From Mobula hypostoma (Eukaryota), in NCBI RefSeq assembly GCF_963921235.1, contig NC_086097.1, forward strand, positions 207,392,001 through 207,456,000: a stretch of 64,000 nucleotides of DNA, in the 5' to 3' direction. The position numbers and the translations under genes were made by a program. Below are positions 39,235-51,700 of the stretch, piece by piece (the stretch's first letter is position 1; each line of letters opens with the position of its first letter). Under the pieces are notes generated by a model. It was not told where the DNA came from. It worked only from the letters and a program-made list of their open reading frames with translations, and did not search any database.

Positions 39235-39935
39235 CCGGGAGGGGGGAGAAGATGGCAGCGTGACGACAGTGCGCACGGTCACTTCGGTAATGAATTTCTG
39301 TTACTTTTTTTTTAAGTAGGGGACCGTGCACAATCCTGATTTGATGGAGACAGACATGAGAGCACAGTGGAACATCTGGAAAACTTCTGAAATGACTGCT
39401 TTGCTACCGCTGCTACTGTGTGGTAACCGGAATCTCTGGAGCTGAAGGCCTTGAAATGCTCAGCTTTGCATGTTTCAGCGGCCGGGGAGAGGTCGAAGGC
39501 GTTCGGCAGAGGATGGCGCTCGGGAGGCTGTATCGCAGAGGCTGCACGGAAGCTTGGAGTTTTCGGACGGATGGACTCAGGGTCGGCTGGGGTCGACTGC
39601 TTCCAAGGTATCGGCAGGTTGATGGTGCCTGGAGGTTTATGGAAGAGAGTTTCTCTCTTTTGCCGCCTGCTATCGGGGACTCGGGAGTCAATCGACTCGG
39701 GACTTTGAGAACTTTTTTTTTACTGTGCCTATGGTCTGTTCTTTATCAAATTGTGGTATTGCTTTGCACTGCTGTAACTATATGTTATAATTATGTGGTT
39801 TTGTCAGTGTTAGTCTTTGGTCTGTCTTGTTTTCTGTGATATCACTCTGGAGAAACATTGTATCATTTCTTAATGCATGTATGCATTTCTAAATGACAAT
39901 AAAAGAGGACTGAGTGTTCTCATAATCTAAATCTA
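39235..39935 (+). mobile_element. Non-autonomous interspersed repeat with an AAGATGGC head
   Basis: CpG-rich, begins gagaagatggcagcg and ends aataaaagagg...aatctaaatcta. Its 3' piece recurs at ~28368-28418. Confidence 0.55.
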
Positions 39936-40469
39936 AAAGATCACTGGATGAAGGCCTAACACGTTTCTATATTCTATGTTGCATGTTCTATGATCTTATC
40001 AAAAAAAACCAATAATGACAAATCACTGACCTAATCTGGAACATCTTGGCAAATTCAGCCTCATGCTTCCAATAATAATTTGTAAGTTTTCAAGAACACA
40101 ACATTAAGAAGTGTTTTACATTAATAGATTTGAAAAGCAAAAACTGTTTTGCAGTCTATAATATCAATGACAATTCATCTGTTTTTTTACCATGTGAAGG
40201 ACAAATTCTGTATTACAAGAGTACATCCACCATTCACCTAAACTCCAGAAGGCTTTGATCTAATGCACGTCTCAAAAGCCTGTTGTCCAACTAGAATGCC
40301 ATTGTGTCGAAATAAACTTTCAGCCAAGATCATCTGTGTTGTTTGAACCAGAGCAAGAACTATATCTGATCACCATATTTATCCTGAATTGCTTGCATCT
40401 TTTTTTATTACCTGCTTACTAGTCATTTGTAGAAGATTTTTAGGTGACCTTTCAAATTAACTGCAATTG

Positions 40470-40975
40470 TATTTCCAATTTCCCAGGTGTCAACATCTCA
40501 GGGGATCAATCCCGGGCGAAAAAAATTGATACAATTATGAAGGCCGCATCCCAATATCTCTACTTCATTAGGAGTTTGATGAGATTTGTTATGTCAGCAA
40601 ATACTCTTGCAAATTTATTTAAATAAGTGGCAGAGAGCATTTTCTGGTTGCATCACAGCTTGGTATAGAGGCTCTAATGCAGAGGGTTGTAGACTCTCAA
40701 GGACATTGTAAGAGCCAATACCTCAAAAGGGTAGCATCCATCACCAAGAACCCCTACTATCCAGCACATGCTCTATTCTCATTACCATCAGGGAAGCAGT
40801 ACAGGAGTCTGAGGACCTACACACAACAATTCAATCTCTCCTTCATCAATGATCCTCGCACACTCCTTTTCCTTTTTGCACTATGTAATTTATAGTACTT
40901 CTATGCCTTGCACCGTACTGCTACCACAAAACAAATGTCATATCACATACAGTAAGATAGATGACAATAAAACCC
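40470..40975 (+). mobile_element. Old Rex1/Babar-like LINE 3' remnant
   Basis: FPGVNISGD...KAASQYLYFIRSLMRF; SITKNPYYPAHALFSLPSGKQYRSL. Confidence 0.75.
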
Positions 40976-41903
40976 ATTCATTCCCTTTTCACCTCTGATT
41001 TCTGAATTTTCCCATTTAAAAAGTTTACATCTTTATTCCTCTTACCAAAATGCATAACCGTACATTTTCCCATATTTGATTTGCCACTCCTTTGCCCACT
41101 CTTCTAACCTGTTCAAGTCCACATGCAGACTACCTGTTCCTATACCCATCTTAGAATTGGCTGCAGACTTGGCCAGAATACTACCAGTTCTGTCATCCAG
41201 ATTATCAACGTACATTATATTCCAACGTGGCAACCTGTCCCTTCAGCTCACCGACTATACCCACCAGACTTTACATATTTATGCATATATAGTCTAAGGG
41301 GGTGTCACTCTTACAGTCTCACTTAGACTAGTAAAAGATGACCATAAATGTACTGCAGTGCTCCCTGCCACTTTCAATCCTTTGTGTGCTTTATCCTGCT
41401 CTCTGGTTACTGCAGGTAGGTTCCCATGCTTTGCCAATTCAGTTTAAATCCTCCCCCAAACGCCTGACTTTAGGTTGAAAAGGACTAAACTACAACTAAT
41501 CTTTGTGAGAGCGAGACAATTCACCTCCCTAAAATGCTTAGGAACCATAATTATTATGCTGGGACAGTTATGACATTACCTTGCAAAACATGTACCAATC
41601 AGACAAAAGCAGATCAAAATAAACTGTGGTGATGAAACATTCAGTGTTATTACTACAAATGTGCATTTCAAGAATAATTATACAGGGCTACAACCACATG
41701 CAGTAGTAAAGTTTATTGGAAAAGGCTCAGAATTAGGCAATAATGAAGAAAGCACAAGAGTCAAAGTAGAAGGAGAGCAGTATGTTAACATTAACTTCAA
41801 GAACAAATTATGACCATCTACAGTCCAAGCAGGCATCTTAGAAGATATTAGTTATCAAGAAAGATAGTTTAATAGCTGTCAGCAACACATGCATGAATCT
41901 TAC

Positions 41904-42074
41904 CACTGCAAGTTGAGTTCTAGAGGCTACTGTGTGAAAGACAGCTGGCATCATAAGAGATTCCTCCACTTTCAATCCCATCTCATTTTCTGCAGAGAAT
42001 GTTGTCTTGGGAATTGTTGGTGCACGGTCACACAGAATCATTTCTTTGTTGTATAGAAAAATGGGATTTGTATC
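41904..42074 (-). CDS. RB1CC1: RB1CC1 coding exon 3 (171 nt)
   Basis: DTNPIFLYNKEMILCDRAPTIPKTTFSAENEMGLKVEESLMMPAVFHTVASRTQLAV. tag/gtaaga boundaries. Confidence 0.97.
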
Positions 42075-42741
42075 CTATAGTTTATAAATTTTAAAAGAGC
42101 GAAGTTTAAAACATACCCAAATTTGTTCAAAAGCATAAGGATGTCATATTTAAGTGCTCCGACAAAGAATTTGGTTACTTGGGGAAAGTAACGAATAATT
42201 ATACCAAATTTATTTTGAATCCCATGGAGCATGTGGAAACCTTCCAATACCCAGGCGACTCTTTTTTTTTTTCTCTTTCTTTCTTTTAGGTAGGACTATA
42301 TATATGGGGGGGGGGTGGGTAGATTTTATCTTTTCATGTATTCTTTTTGAAAATTTAATAAAAATTATATTAAAAAAAAAGCATCTTACTACTGGGCAAC
42401 AATGCTATTTGTGATAAGTATCAAAACACCCCTCTATTCTCAAAGCATGCAAGATCCTTTAAGGCCATTATGCTTTTAACAAATGTACATCAATTACAGA
42501 AAAAACAAAGGTCTCATCTCAGATGTAAACCAGTCCATGGATCCAAAGTTTACTGCTCTAAATTCTGAAATATAGCTGCAGTTTAGAATGCAAAGGCAAG
42601 AAAAGTGCCATAAGCTAGCATTATTAAAGACTGGATAATTTTTAAAATGGTACTTTCTATTTTAAGAAATGCATTGAAACATTAATGAGTTCTTAACAAA
42701 AACCTTTAGGATTAATTTATCTGTACAAATCTGTCACTTAC

Positions 42742-42868
42742 CGTTCCAGCACTGTAGCTACAAACACGCCTATCTGCCACCATGCATTCACCTCCATTGA
42801 CAACCAATACTTGATGGTGAGTTGCAATCTTATATTTAGCCTGGATAGCATGTTTAAGGTCTGCAACA
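42742..42868 (-). CDS. RB1CC1: RB1CC1 coding exon 2 (127 nt)
   Basis: VADLKHAIQAKYKIATHHQVLVVNGGECMVADRRVCSYSAGT. cag/gtaagt boundaries; phase matches the preceding exon. Confidence 0.97.
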
Positions 42869-43404
42869 CTGAAGTTATACAATTATCATACTTAACAACA
42901 TATCTCCATTTACATTACACTACTTCAATTAAAAGCACACTATGTAATGTATTAATTTTCAACGTTCTCAATAGAAGGACATGAGAAAACCTAAACATCA
43001 TTCCAAAAATTATAAGGGAGAATACAAGCTGGCTAACAGGCTCCAAATACAAAGTCAGGTCTACTCTAGTATTCTTCTGGATCTCAGACTCAAAGATATT
43101 AATGACCAGAAATAATGGTTAATACAATTAGAGTAAAATGCAACTCATGCAATTTAAAGATACTAAGAAAGGTGTTGCAAGTCATATACATTATGATCAT
43201 TACTCCAGCTCAAGCTTCAATGAAATTATTCTAAAACTTCCCTATTTTAAAGAAACTAAAATGCCGCTGTGGCAGAACTTTCAGAAGATAAATTGATGGT
43301 AAATACTGAAACAAGCAAAATTAAAAATGCTTCATCTAGATTAATAAAACATCTTTCTTGAAATGACAATTCAAGCTACAAATTTTCAAGTTACATCATC
43401 TTCA

Positions 43405-44254
43405 GAAGTTTTCTGATGACTCTGCCATAGTTGGATGCATCAGCAAGGGAGACGAGGTTGAGTACAGGGCTACGGTCGGAAACTTTGTCAGATGGTGTAA
43501 GCAGAATTATCTGCAGCTTAATATGAAAAAGACTAAGGAGCTGGTGGTAGACCTGAGGAGAGCTACGGTACCGGTGACCCCCGTTTCCATCCAGGGGATC
43601 AGTGTGGACATGGTGGAGGATTACAGATACCTGGGGATACGAATCAACAATAAACTGGACTGGTCAAAGAACACTGAGGCTGTCTACAAGAAGGGTCAGG
43701 GCCATCTCTATTTCCTGAGGAGACTGAGGTCCTTTTACATCTGTTGGACGATGCTGAGGATGTTCTACGAGTCTGTGGTGGCCAGTGCAATCATGTTTGC
43801 TGTTGTGTGCTGGGGCAGCAGGCTGAGGGTAGCAGACACCAACAGAATCAACAAACTCATTCGTAAGGCCAGTGATGTTGTGGGGATGGAACTGGACTCT
43901 CTGACGGTGGTGTCTGAAAAGAGGATGCTGTCCAAGTTGCATGCCATCTTGGACAACGTCTCCCATCCACTACATAACGTACTGGTTGGGCACAGGAGTA
44001 CATTCAGTCAGAGACTCATTTCACTGAGATGCCACACAGAGCATCATAGGAAGTCATTCCTGCCTGTGGCCATCAAACTTTACAACTCCTCCCTTGGAGG
44101 GTCAGACACCCTGAGCCAATAGGCTGGCCCTGGACATTTCCTGGCATAATTTACCTATTACTATTTAATTATTTATGGTTTTATTACTATGTAATATTTA
44201 TGGTGCAACTGTAACAAAAACCAATTTTCCCCAGGATCAATAAAGTATGACTAT
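43405..44254 (+). mobile_element. Rex1/Babar-like LINE 3' part
   Basis: KFSDD...KKTKELVVDLRR...YLGI...LYFLRRLRSF...RKSFLPVAIKLYN; tail aataaagtatgactat. Confidence 0.9.
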
Positions 44255-45302
44255 AGAAACATAGAAACATAGAAAATAGGTGCAGGAGTAGGCCATTCGG
44301 CCCTTCGAGCCTGCACCGCCATTTATTATGATCATGGCTGATCATCCAACTCAGAACCCAGCCTTCCCTCCATACCCCCTGACCCCTGTAGCCACAAGGG
44401 CCATATCTAACTTCCTTTTAAACATAGCTAATGAACTGGCCTCAACAGTTTGCTGTGGCAGAGAATTCCACAGATTCACCACTCTCTGTGTGAAGAAGTT
44501 TTTCCTAACCTCGGTCCTAAAAGGCTTCCCCTCTATCCTCAAACTGTGACCCCTCGTTCTAGACCTCCCCAACATCGGGAACAATCTTCCTGCATCTAGC
44601 CTGTCCAATCCCTTTAGGATCTTATACGTTTCAATCAGATCCCCCCTCAATCTTCTAAATTCCAACGAGTACAAGCCCAGTTCATCCAGTCTTTCTTCAT
44701 ATGAAAGACCTGCCATCCCAGGAATCAATCTGGTGAACCTTCTTTGTACTCCCTCTATGGCAAAGATGTCTTTCCTCAGATTAGGGGACCAAAACTGCAC
44801 ACAATACTCCAGGTGTGGTCTCACCAAGGCCTTGTACAACTGCAGTAGTACCTCCCTGCTCCTGTACTCGAATCCTCTCGCTATAAATGCCAGCATACCG
44901 TTCGCCTTTTTCACCGCCTGCTGTACCTGCATGCCCACTTTCAATGACTGGTGTATAATGACACCCAGGTCTCGTTGCACCTCCCCTTTTCCTAATCGGC
45001 CACCATTCAGATAATAATCTGTTTTCCTATTTTTGCCACCAAAGTGGATAACTTCACATTTATCCACATTAAATTGCATCTGCCATGAGTTTGCCCACTC
45101 ACCCAACCTATCCAAGTCACCCTGCATCCTCTTAGCATCCTCCTCACTGCTAACACTGCCACCCAGCTTCGTGTCATCCGCAAACTTGGAGATGCTGCAT
45201 TTAATTCCCTCATCCAAGTCATTAATATATATTGTAAACAACTGGGGTCCCAGCACTGAGCCTTGCGGTACCCCACTAGTCACCGCCTGCCATTCTGAAA
45301 AG
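44255..45302 (-). mobile_element. Young 5'-truncated CR1 with an uninterrupted 310-aa RT C-terminal ORF
   Basis: SGVPQGSVLGPQLF...KFADDTKL...YEERL. (tttctatg)n tail; flanked by gactat at 44249-44254 and 45303-45308. Confidence 0.93.
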
Positions 45303-45675
45303 GACTATGACTAAATTAATCTTAAAAATATTTTTCCTTTGCAAAGGATTATGAAAATGAACCAAGAACTGGTCTGGAAAAGCCTTCTTTCAATATAGGT
45401 AAGGAAGCTTGGGGAGGGCAGGAGTGAATGACTTAGCTAAACTGCAGCTCTCAATGCGAAGGACTCCACTGATTGATCCAAGCACGAATCATGAAATGTG
45501 TGCAAAAGTATGATAAACTTAACTTTACTTCAATTTTTATACTCTTATTTCCAAGCCATTGTTAGGTGTAAATCTGTGTGTATCAGCTAAATTATTTCTG
45601 TAGCCAAAAAGTTTTTGTTCCTTTCATTGTTTAATAAATACAGATAATAAACCATTAAAATCTGTACATTGTTAA

Positions 45676-45734
45676 ATATATATATATATATACACACACA
45701 CACACGCACACATACATACATACACACACACACA
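45676..45734. repeat. Compound (TA)n(CA)n microsatellite
   Basis: atatatatatatatatacacacacacacacgcacacatacatacatacacacacacaca. Confidence 0.95.
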
Positions 45735-45762
45735 TTATATATTGCTGAACATTTGTACTTAC

Positions 45763-45833
45763 GTCTGTACAGCAAGCTCTGTGTCAAATGTAAGGGTAGT
45801 TCCAGTATTCACCAAAAATACATACAGCTTCAT
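45763..45833 (-). CDS. RB1CC1: RB1CC1 first coding exon (whole exon 45763-45880 including 5'UTR part)
   Basis: Translates MKLYVFLVNTGTTLTFDTELAVQT, the FIP200 N-terminus. Start context CCAACATGA, acceptor cag at 45883-45881, donor gtaagt, 71 coding nt. Confidence 0.97.
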
Positions 45834-45877
45834 GTTGGCACCACTTCTTTCATTACCGTCTCACTTCAGTCATTCAT
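45830..45877 (-). promoter_or_regulatory. Three chained upstream ORFs before the RB1CC1 ATG
   Basis: GAGATGAATGACTGAAGTGAGACGGTAATGAAAGAAGTGGTGCCAACATGA gives MND* (45877-45866), MTEVRR* (45873-45853) and MKEVVPT* (45853-45830). Confidence 0.6.
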
Positions 45878-46279
45878 CTCCTGTCAAGAAAAAAAATTGA
45901 AAATAGTGCATTAAATAATGGTGTACTACGAGTGAACTGCAAGTAACTCAAATGTAAAAATATACAATCTGCTGCTAAATCAAAATTTGGATTCAGCATA
46001 CACATAATACTTCTGCTGTAGTTTCCAGTCCTGTCAACGTTCTTCGCTATTACCTATGAATTCAGATCACATATTTCACAAACAGAGCAGCCAACACAAT
46101 GTACATTGTTTACCCTCAAGCCCTCCACTCTTCCACAAGTTAAGGCCTTGCATGGTCCCATCTCCCATTGTAGTGTTGTTGAATTCATCACATCCGTGAA
46201 ACCTCAACCCTAATCACACTTCAAACATACTCCAAATTATATAGTCTTGGGACATCATTGACACATTTAAAATATCTAC

Positions 46280-46740
46280 AAGACATAGGAGAAGAATTAG
46301 GCCATTTAGCCCATCGAGCCTGCTCTGCCATTCAATCATAGCTGATCCTTTTTTGACCTCCTCAGCCCCGCTCCCCAGCCTTCACCCCGTAACCTTTGAT
46401 GCCGTGTCCAATCAAGAATTTATCAAGCTTTACCTTAAATACACCCAATGACCTGGCCTCCACAGCTGCCTGTGGTAATAAATTCCAGATTCACCAGCCT
46501 CTGGCTAAAGAAATTTCTCCGCATATCTGTTTTAAATGGACACTCCTCTATCCTGAGGCTGTGCCCTCTTGCCCTAGACTCCCCTACCATGAGGGAGTCT
46601 TTCCATATCTACTATCTAGGCCTTTCAACATTTGAAAGGTTTCAATGAGATCCCCCCCCCCCCCCCCGCCATCATTCTAAATTCCAGCAAGTCTAGACAC
46701 AGAGCTATGAAACATTCTTGGTATGGTAACCCTTTATCAA
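46280..46740 (-). mobile_element. CR1 3' remnant
   Basis: Typical CR1 3'UTR (ggccatttagcccatcgagcctgctctgccattc) plus a degenerate ORF2 end. Confidence 0.8.
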
Positions 46741-47499
46741 CTTTACTTTTCCCTTTCTTTGCAGCTCATTATACATCACTTACCAAATACATCATGTTTA
46801 TGAACTTCTAAGAGTTGACCCATTACACTGTTCAAAACATCTACATTGACATTTGCAAATATCTCAGCTTTAATTTCCAATTTATCTTTAGGTACCTGCT
46901 GAATTCACACATCTTACACCGATTTTAATTCCAATATTAACTACATTTTGTTTTCTCCTTGCAAACTTGCTTCTCCTGTTCCCTCATATCAGTATAATAC
47001 TACTAATTCACCTTCATTATCAGTTCTTCCCCTTTCTTGCTCCTTAATATCTATTTTTCTCCCTGAACGGATATACTTTTGGATGCCCTGATACAATCTC
47101 AAGCCTCAACAGCATGCGTTTCCAGCAAGTTACTTAACAAATCCTTCAGTATGTAGACAAGGACAACAAAACAAGCCTTGAGATACCCTCTCCTTCTACA
47201 TTCTTGCCTGTTCTAAAACATACTGTATACAAATTGTAACAGTAAAGTTTCTTTTATATTGTTACCAAACAAGAAAATAACAGTTTCCTAATTTAAAATG
47301 AAAAGGATGGCCAGCAGCTTTGAGTGACAGTTGCATCATCTTGCTCAAAAACTTTTTTTCTTGTACTAGCTTAGGAAAGAATACTCACTGTAATGGCTAA
47401 ATTCTTTAAACACTATAACCTATCACTGTCAACCCATTTTTTGAAATTCTACCATCTATCACTTACAACTTGCCCCTCATCTAGCTGCACAGATTCAGG

Positions 47500-50400
47500 A
47501 ACTTGAATCATACACCAGGGTGCTCTCTACAGTGCTTCAACCCTTAACCACTATACTGTCCAATTGCCAGGTCAGCAGTGGTGGCCAAGTTCCTGACTTC
47601 CACCTCAACTCCTCTCACTTGCTCCAGATCCAGCAAGAGGTTCTTTCTGCTTCCTCCCCCATCCTGCAAGCTGCTTGATCTCTTGCTCTTTACATCAAGG
47701 CCCAGTGCAGACAGCAACCTCCATGCAATCTTGCCGGGAACCCTCTACAGCTGATATCCACAGGGATTAGCCACATCTGCCATCCTTTGACTCTGCACTC
47801 CTTGACTAAGAACTGGTACTGCACTGCCTCCCTCTCATGAGTTTCCTTGCATCCTTCCTCCCATGCTACTGTGAGCTCCACCAGGTTGATTTTCTTGTCT
47901 TTAGTAGACCACAGTATGATGTGTGGTCAAAGTGTGGTTTGCACCACCTCCGGGAACTGCAGCTTCCTCCCCACATCGACCTTTATCTCCCATGATTTGG
48001 CAGTTTGCAGCAGATTGGATTTAGGCTTCTTTGATATGACTGGTGTGGCCCTCTCCTTAATGAAAATGACTGCCCTGTTTACCCCTTTGCAGATGGTCTC
48101 TTTTTACACCTCTCCCACTCCAATGAGTCAGCAAGGGACAGCAGGACCTTGTGGCACCACCTATACCGTCCTTGTGGTAAAGGGTTTTGCATTGTCAGTA
48201 TGTGTGCCAGTGAACCCTAATGATCTTGCAGTTCGGGGTTTCTCTCAGTCCCCATGTGTGTAGCTGTGATGGTGTAGGGAGAGTGCCAGACAGACCGCAG
48301 GAAGAAAGAAAAACAGGAGAGCTGCAGTCTCTAATGCTCTGCCCAAGTGATGTTGCACTTGGGAAGATCACATTTCATCCAGGCATCCTGTGACCGCAAC
48401 TCTACTGACTTTGATACCTGCCTTTCATCCTCATGGTTCTGTCCCTCTGCCTGGACCATATCATGCCTATCCCTTGCTCTTCCCCATCATTAGAAGTGTG
48501 CTGAGCCGAGGCCTTGCCACCTCAAACATGGGTTACCAATGATGTCTCTCAATCACAGGGAGCTCACTGCCTGGTCTATGGCCAAGTTGGCAGCCCACTT
48601 TCAGCCCAATCTTGTTGTGACTCCTACTTGGTTTATTAGTCTGTCATTGGAGCCCCTCAGTGTTAACACAATTCTACACTTTACAACCTTGAACTCCTCC
48701 ACTACTGATGACAATAGGAATTGTAGCTGACCTGATATTACAGCAAACCCCAGCCACCTCCACAGATGCTTGTTGACTCTCCTCTCAATGCTTTCTAAAT
48801 AGTCATGGGAAACTCGTACACCATGAAAAGCCAGAGAAGGCTTGGTAGAAGACCATGTTGGTACTGCCATATCTTAAATTTACCAGGGAGTCCAGTTTTG
48901 TTGATTTTCTTCAGCCACTCTTCAGTCTGTTTTACTGGTGATGTTGACACTATCTGCCATTGCTGCTTTAAACCACTTTCCAAGACACTTTACTGGGATG
49001 TCCTCTATGGATGGAATTATTTCTCCCCGTACTTGAAGACTGAAACTTGCTAGTAACCTTGCCCTTTTTGATCACCATGCATCTGGACTTCCTGGCTGCA
49101 GAGGTCAGTCTAGCACAAGTAGCTATATTGGCCAAAGTTTCCAATACCCATCCTGCTTGGACATGGGTTACAGTGGTTACTCTGATGTCATCTATGAACC
49201 CCCGTATGGCAGGCTGTCAGATGCTGGGCTCCAACACTGGGCCTCGGGATACATCTGCTGCTGCTGATATGAGGAGGTTCATACCCATGACAAACAAGAT
49301 GGGGAGATGGTACAGCCAGTTGGAATCCCTTTTTGAAGGCCTTGCCGCCTGGTTGTAAAGTGGGCTGAAGTGAAGTGTAGCTTGAATCCTCCTAGGTAGC
49401 TGGTGGTCACATCTTGCGTTACTGGTGGGATATGATAGCAGTCCAGGCCAACCTAGATGAGGATGTGTGGAATTGATCCATTTGCGCTGGCTGGGTTTAA
49501 CCAGCCCTCTCTCTTAGTTTGTCTTTCTTCTGCCTGGCCACGTGAATCAATTGGCTAATTATTGAGGTGTGTTCAAGGCACCCAAAAAAAAACAGGATGC
49601 CGCCTTTCTGGATGGATGTGTTGATATAGTTCTCCATTAAGTAAGAGGTCAGCATTCCCACAAGCACCAAGAATATCTTGCACTTCATTCTAAGTAGGGA
49701 GATTGTCTTAAACTGGATGATCACAGAAGAATCTTCTTCCTTGGGAGCAAAGCATCCTTCAGCCATTTTCCAAATTGGTGGGATAGAGCCTTTGGTCCAA
49801 ATCTTCCTCATTATCTTCCACAACCGTCAAAGTTTTGGGTATTTCTTATATACTTTGTAGGGTATACTACTTGGCCCCGGGGCTGCAGATAACTTTGCTG
49901 CCTTGATGATATCCTGGACCTTCTGCCATCTTCAGCTCGGTTGCTGGGGTTCTTGATTGGGGGACTTTTGGATTGAATTCTACTCCTCGATTCCCGCAGA
50001 AATTCTTCCACTTCCGGCTTTGAGTGCCAGATTCTCGCTGGCTGAGAACAGTAGTCATAGTCATACTTTATTGATCCCGGGGGAAAATGGTTTTCGTTAC
50101 AGTTGCACCATAAATAATAAATAGTAATAGAACCATAAATAGTTAAATAGTAATATGTAAATTATGAAATAAATCCAGGACCAGCCTATCGGCTCAGGGT
50201 GTCTGACCCTCCGAGGGAGGAGTTGTAAAGTTTGATGGCCACAGGCAGGAATGACTTCCTATGACGCTCTGTGTTGCATCTCGGTGGAATGAGTCTCTGG
50301 CTAAATGTACTCCTATGCCCACCCAGTACATTATGTAGTGGATGGGAGACATTGTCCAAGATGGCATGCAACTTGGACAGCATCCTCTTTTCAGACACCA

Positions 50401-51700
50401 CCGTCAGAGAGTCCAGTTCCATCCCCACAACATCACTGGCCTTACGAATGAGTTTGTTGATTCTGTTGGTGTCTGCTACCCTCAGCCTGCTGCCCCAGCA
50501 CACAACAGCAAACATGATAGCTCTGGCCACCACAGACTCGTAGAACATCCTCAGCATCGTCCAACAGATGTTAAAGGACCTCAGTCTCTTCAAGAAATAG
50601 AGACGGCTCTGACCCTTCTTGTAGACAGCCTCAGTATTCTTAGATCAGTCCAGTTTATTGTCAGTTCGTATCCCCAGGTATTTGTAATCTTCCACCATGT
50701 CCACACTGACCCCCTGGATGGAAACAGGGGTCACTGGTACCTTAGCTCTCCTCAGGTCTACCACCAGCTCCTTAGTCTTTTTCACATTGAGCTGCAGATA
50801 ATTCTGCTCACACCATGTGACAAAGTTTCCTACCGTAACCCTGTACTCAATCTCATCTCCCTTGCTGATGCACCCAACTGTGGCAGAGTCATCAGAAAAC
50901 TTATGACGATGACAAGACTCTGTGCAGTAGTTGAAGTCCGAGGTGTAAATGGTGAAGAGAAAGGGAGACAAGACAGTCCCCTGTGGAGGCCCAGTGCTGC
51001 TGATCACTCTGTCGGACACACAGTGTTGCAAGCACACATACTGTGGTCTGCCAGTCAGGTAATCAAGAATCCATGATACCAGGGAAGCATCCACCTGCAT
51101 CGCTGTCAGCTTCTCCCCAGCAGAGCAGGGCGGATGGTGTTGAACGCACTGGAGAAGTCAAAAAACATGACCCTCACAGTGCTCGCTGGCTTGTCCAGGT
51201 GGGCGTAGACACAGTTCAGCAGGTAGACGATGGCATCCTCAACTCCTAGTCAGGGCTGGTAGGCTAACTGGAGAGTGAACCTGAATGGGTTTTTAAACAA
51301 ACTGTGCTATCCTCTCGATCGCTTTCGCAGATGTTCCACCCTCCTGAGCTTGCACAGCTCTCCCCGCAGCTTGATGGTTAGATTTTTGACAACTTTTTCA
51401 TCAGGTGAGCTGTTTTTGAATTGTCTTTTTGAAAGGTGTTTATCTCACTTCTCAGGTGACGAATCTCCCTTTCCCTCCTGTTTGGTTGTAGTCATGGTTT
51501 TAAGATCCCCTTTCTTCGCCATTTAGCAAAGTTGATCAAAACGACTGCGAGGGAGTCAGTTTTCCTGGAGCCAGGTCCTGCCAATGTAGCTTCCAAGATG
51601 CAATCCAGGTCGTCATCAAACTGCTTCCAAGATACATTGTCTGATGATCTAGGCCATCTGATCCTCTCTACTTGATGAATGGATTAGTTTTTGATTCTAC
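47500..51700 (-). mobile_element. Hero-like non-LTR retrotransposon (RT plus restriction-like endonuclease), decayed and split by a Rex copy
   Basis: YINTSIQKGG...GCLEH; WLKKINKTGLPGKFKIWQYQHGLLP; PHIILWSTKDKKINLVELTVAWEE...IPVDISCRGF. Confidence 0.75.
50053..51275 (-). mobile_element. Rex1/Babar-like LINE, same family as 43405-44254
   Basis: WILDYLTGRPQYV...TGPPQGTVLSPFLFTIYTSD...KFSDD; (atgact)n tail. Confidence 0.92.

Noticed and set aside
44351..45283. Host gene from the longest ORF (310 aa)
   Set aside because: It is the C-terminal part of a 5'-truncated CR1 reverse transcriptase.
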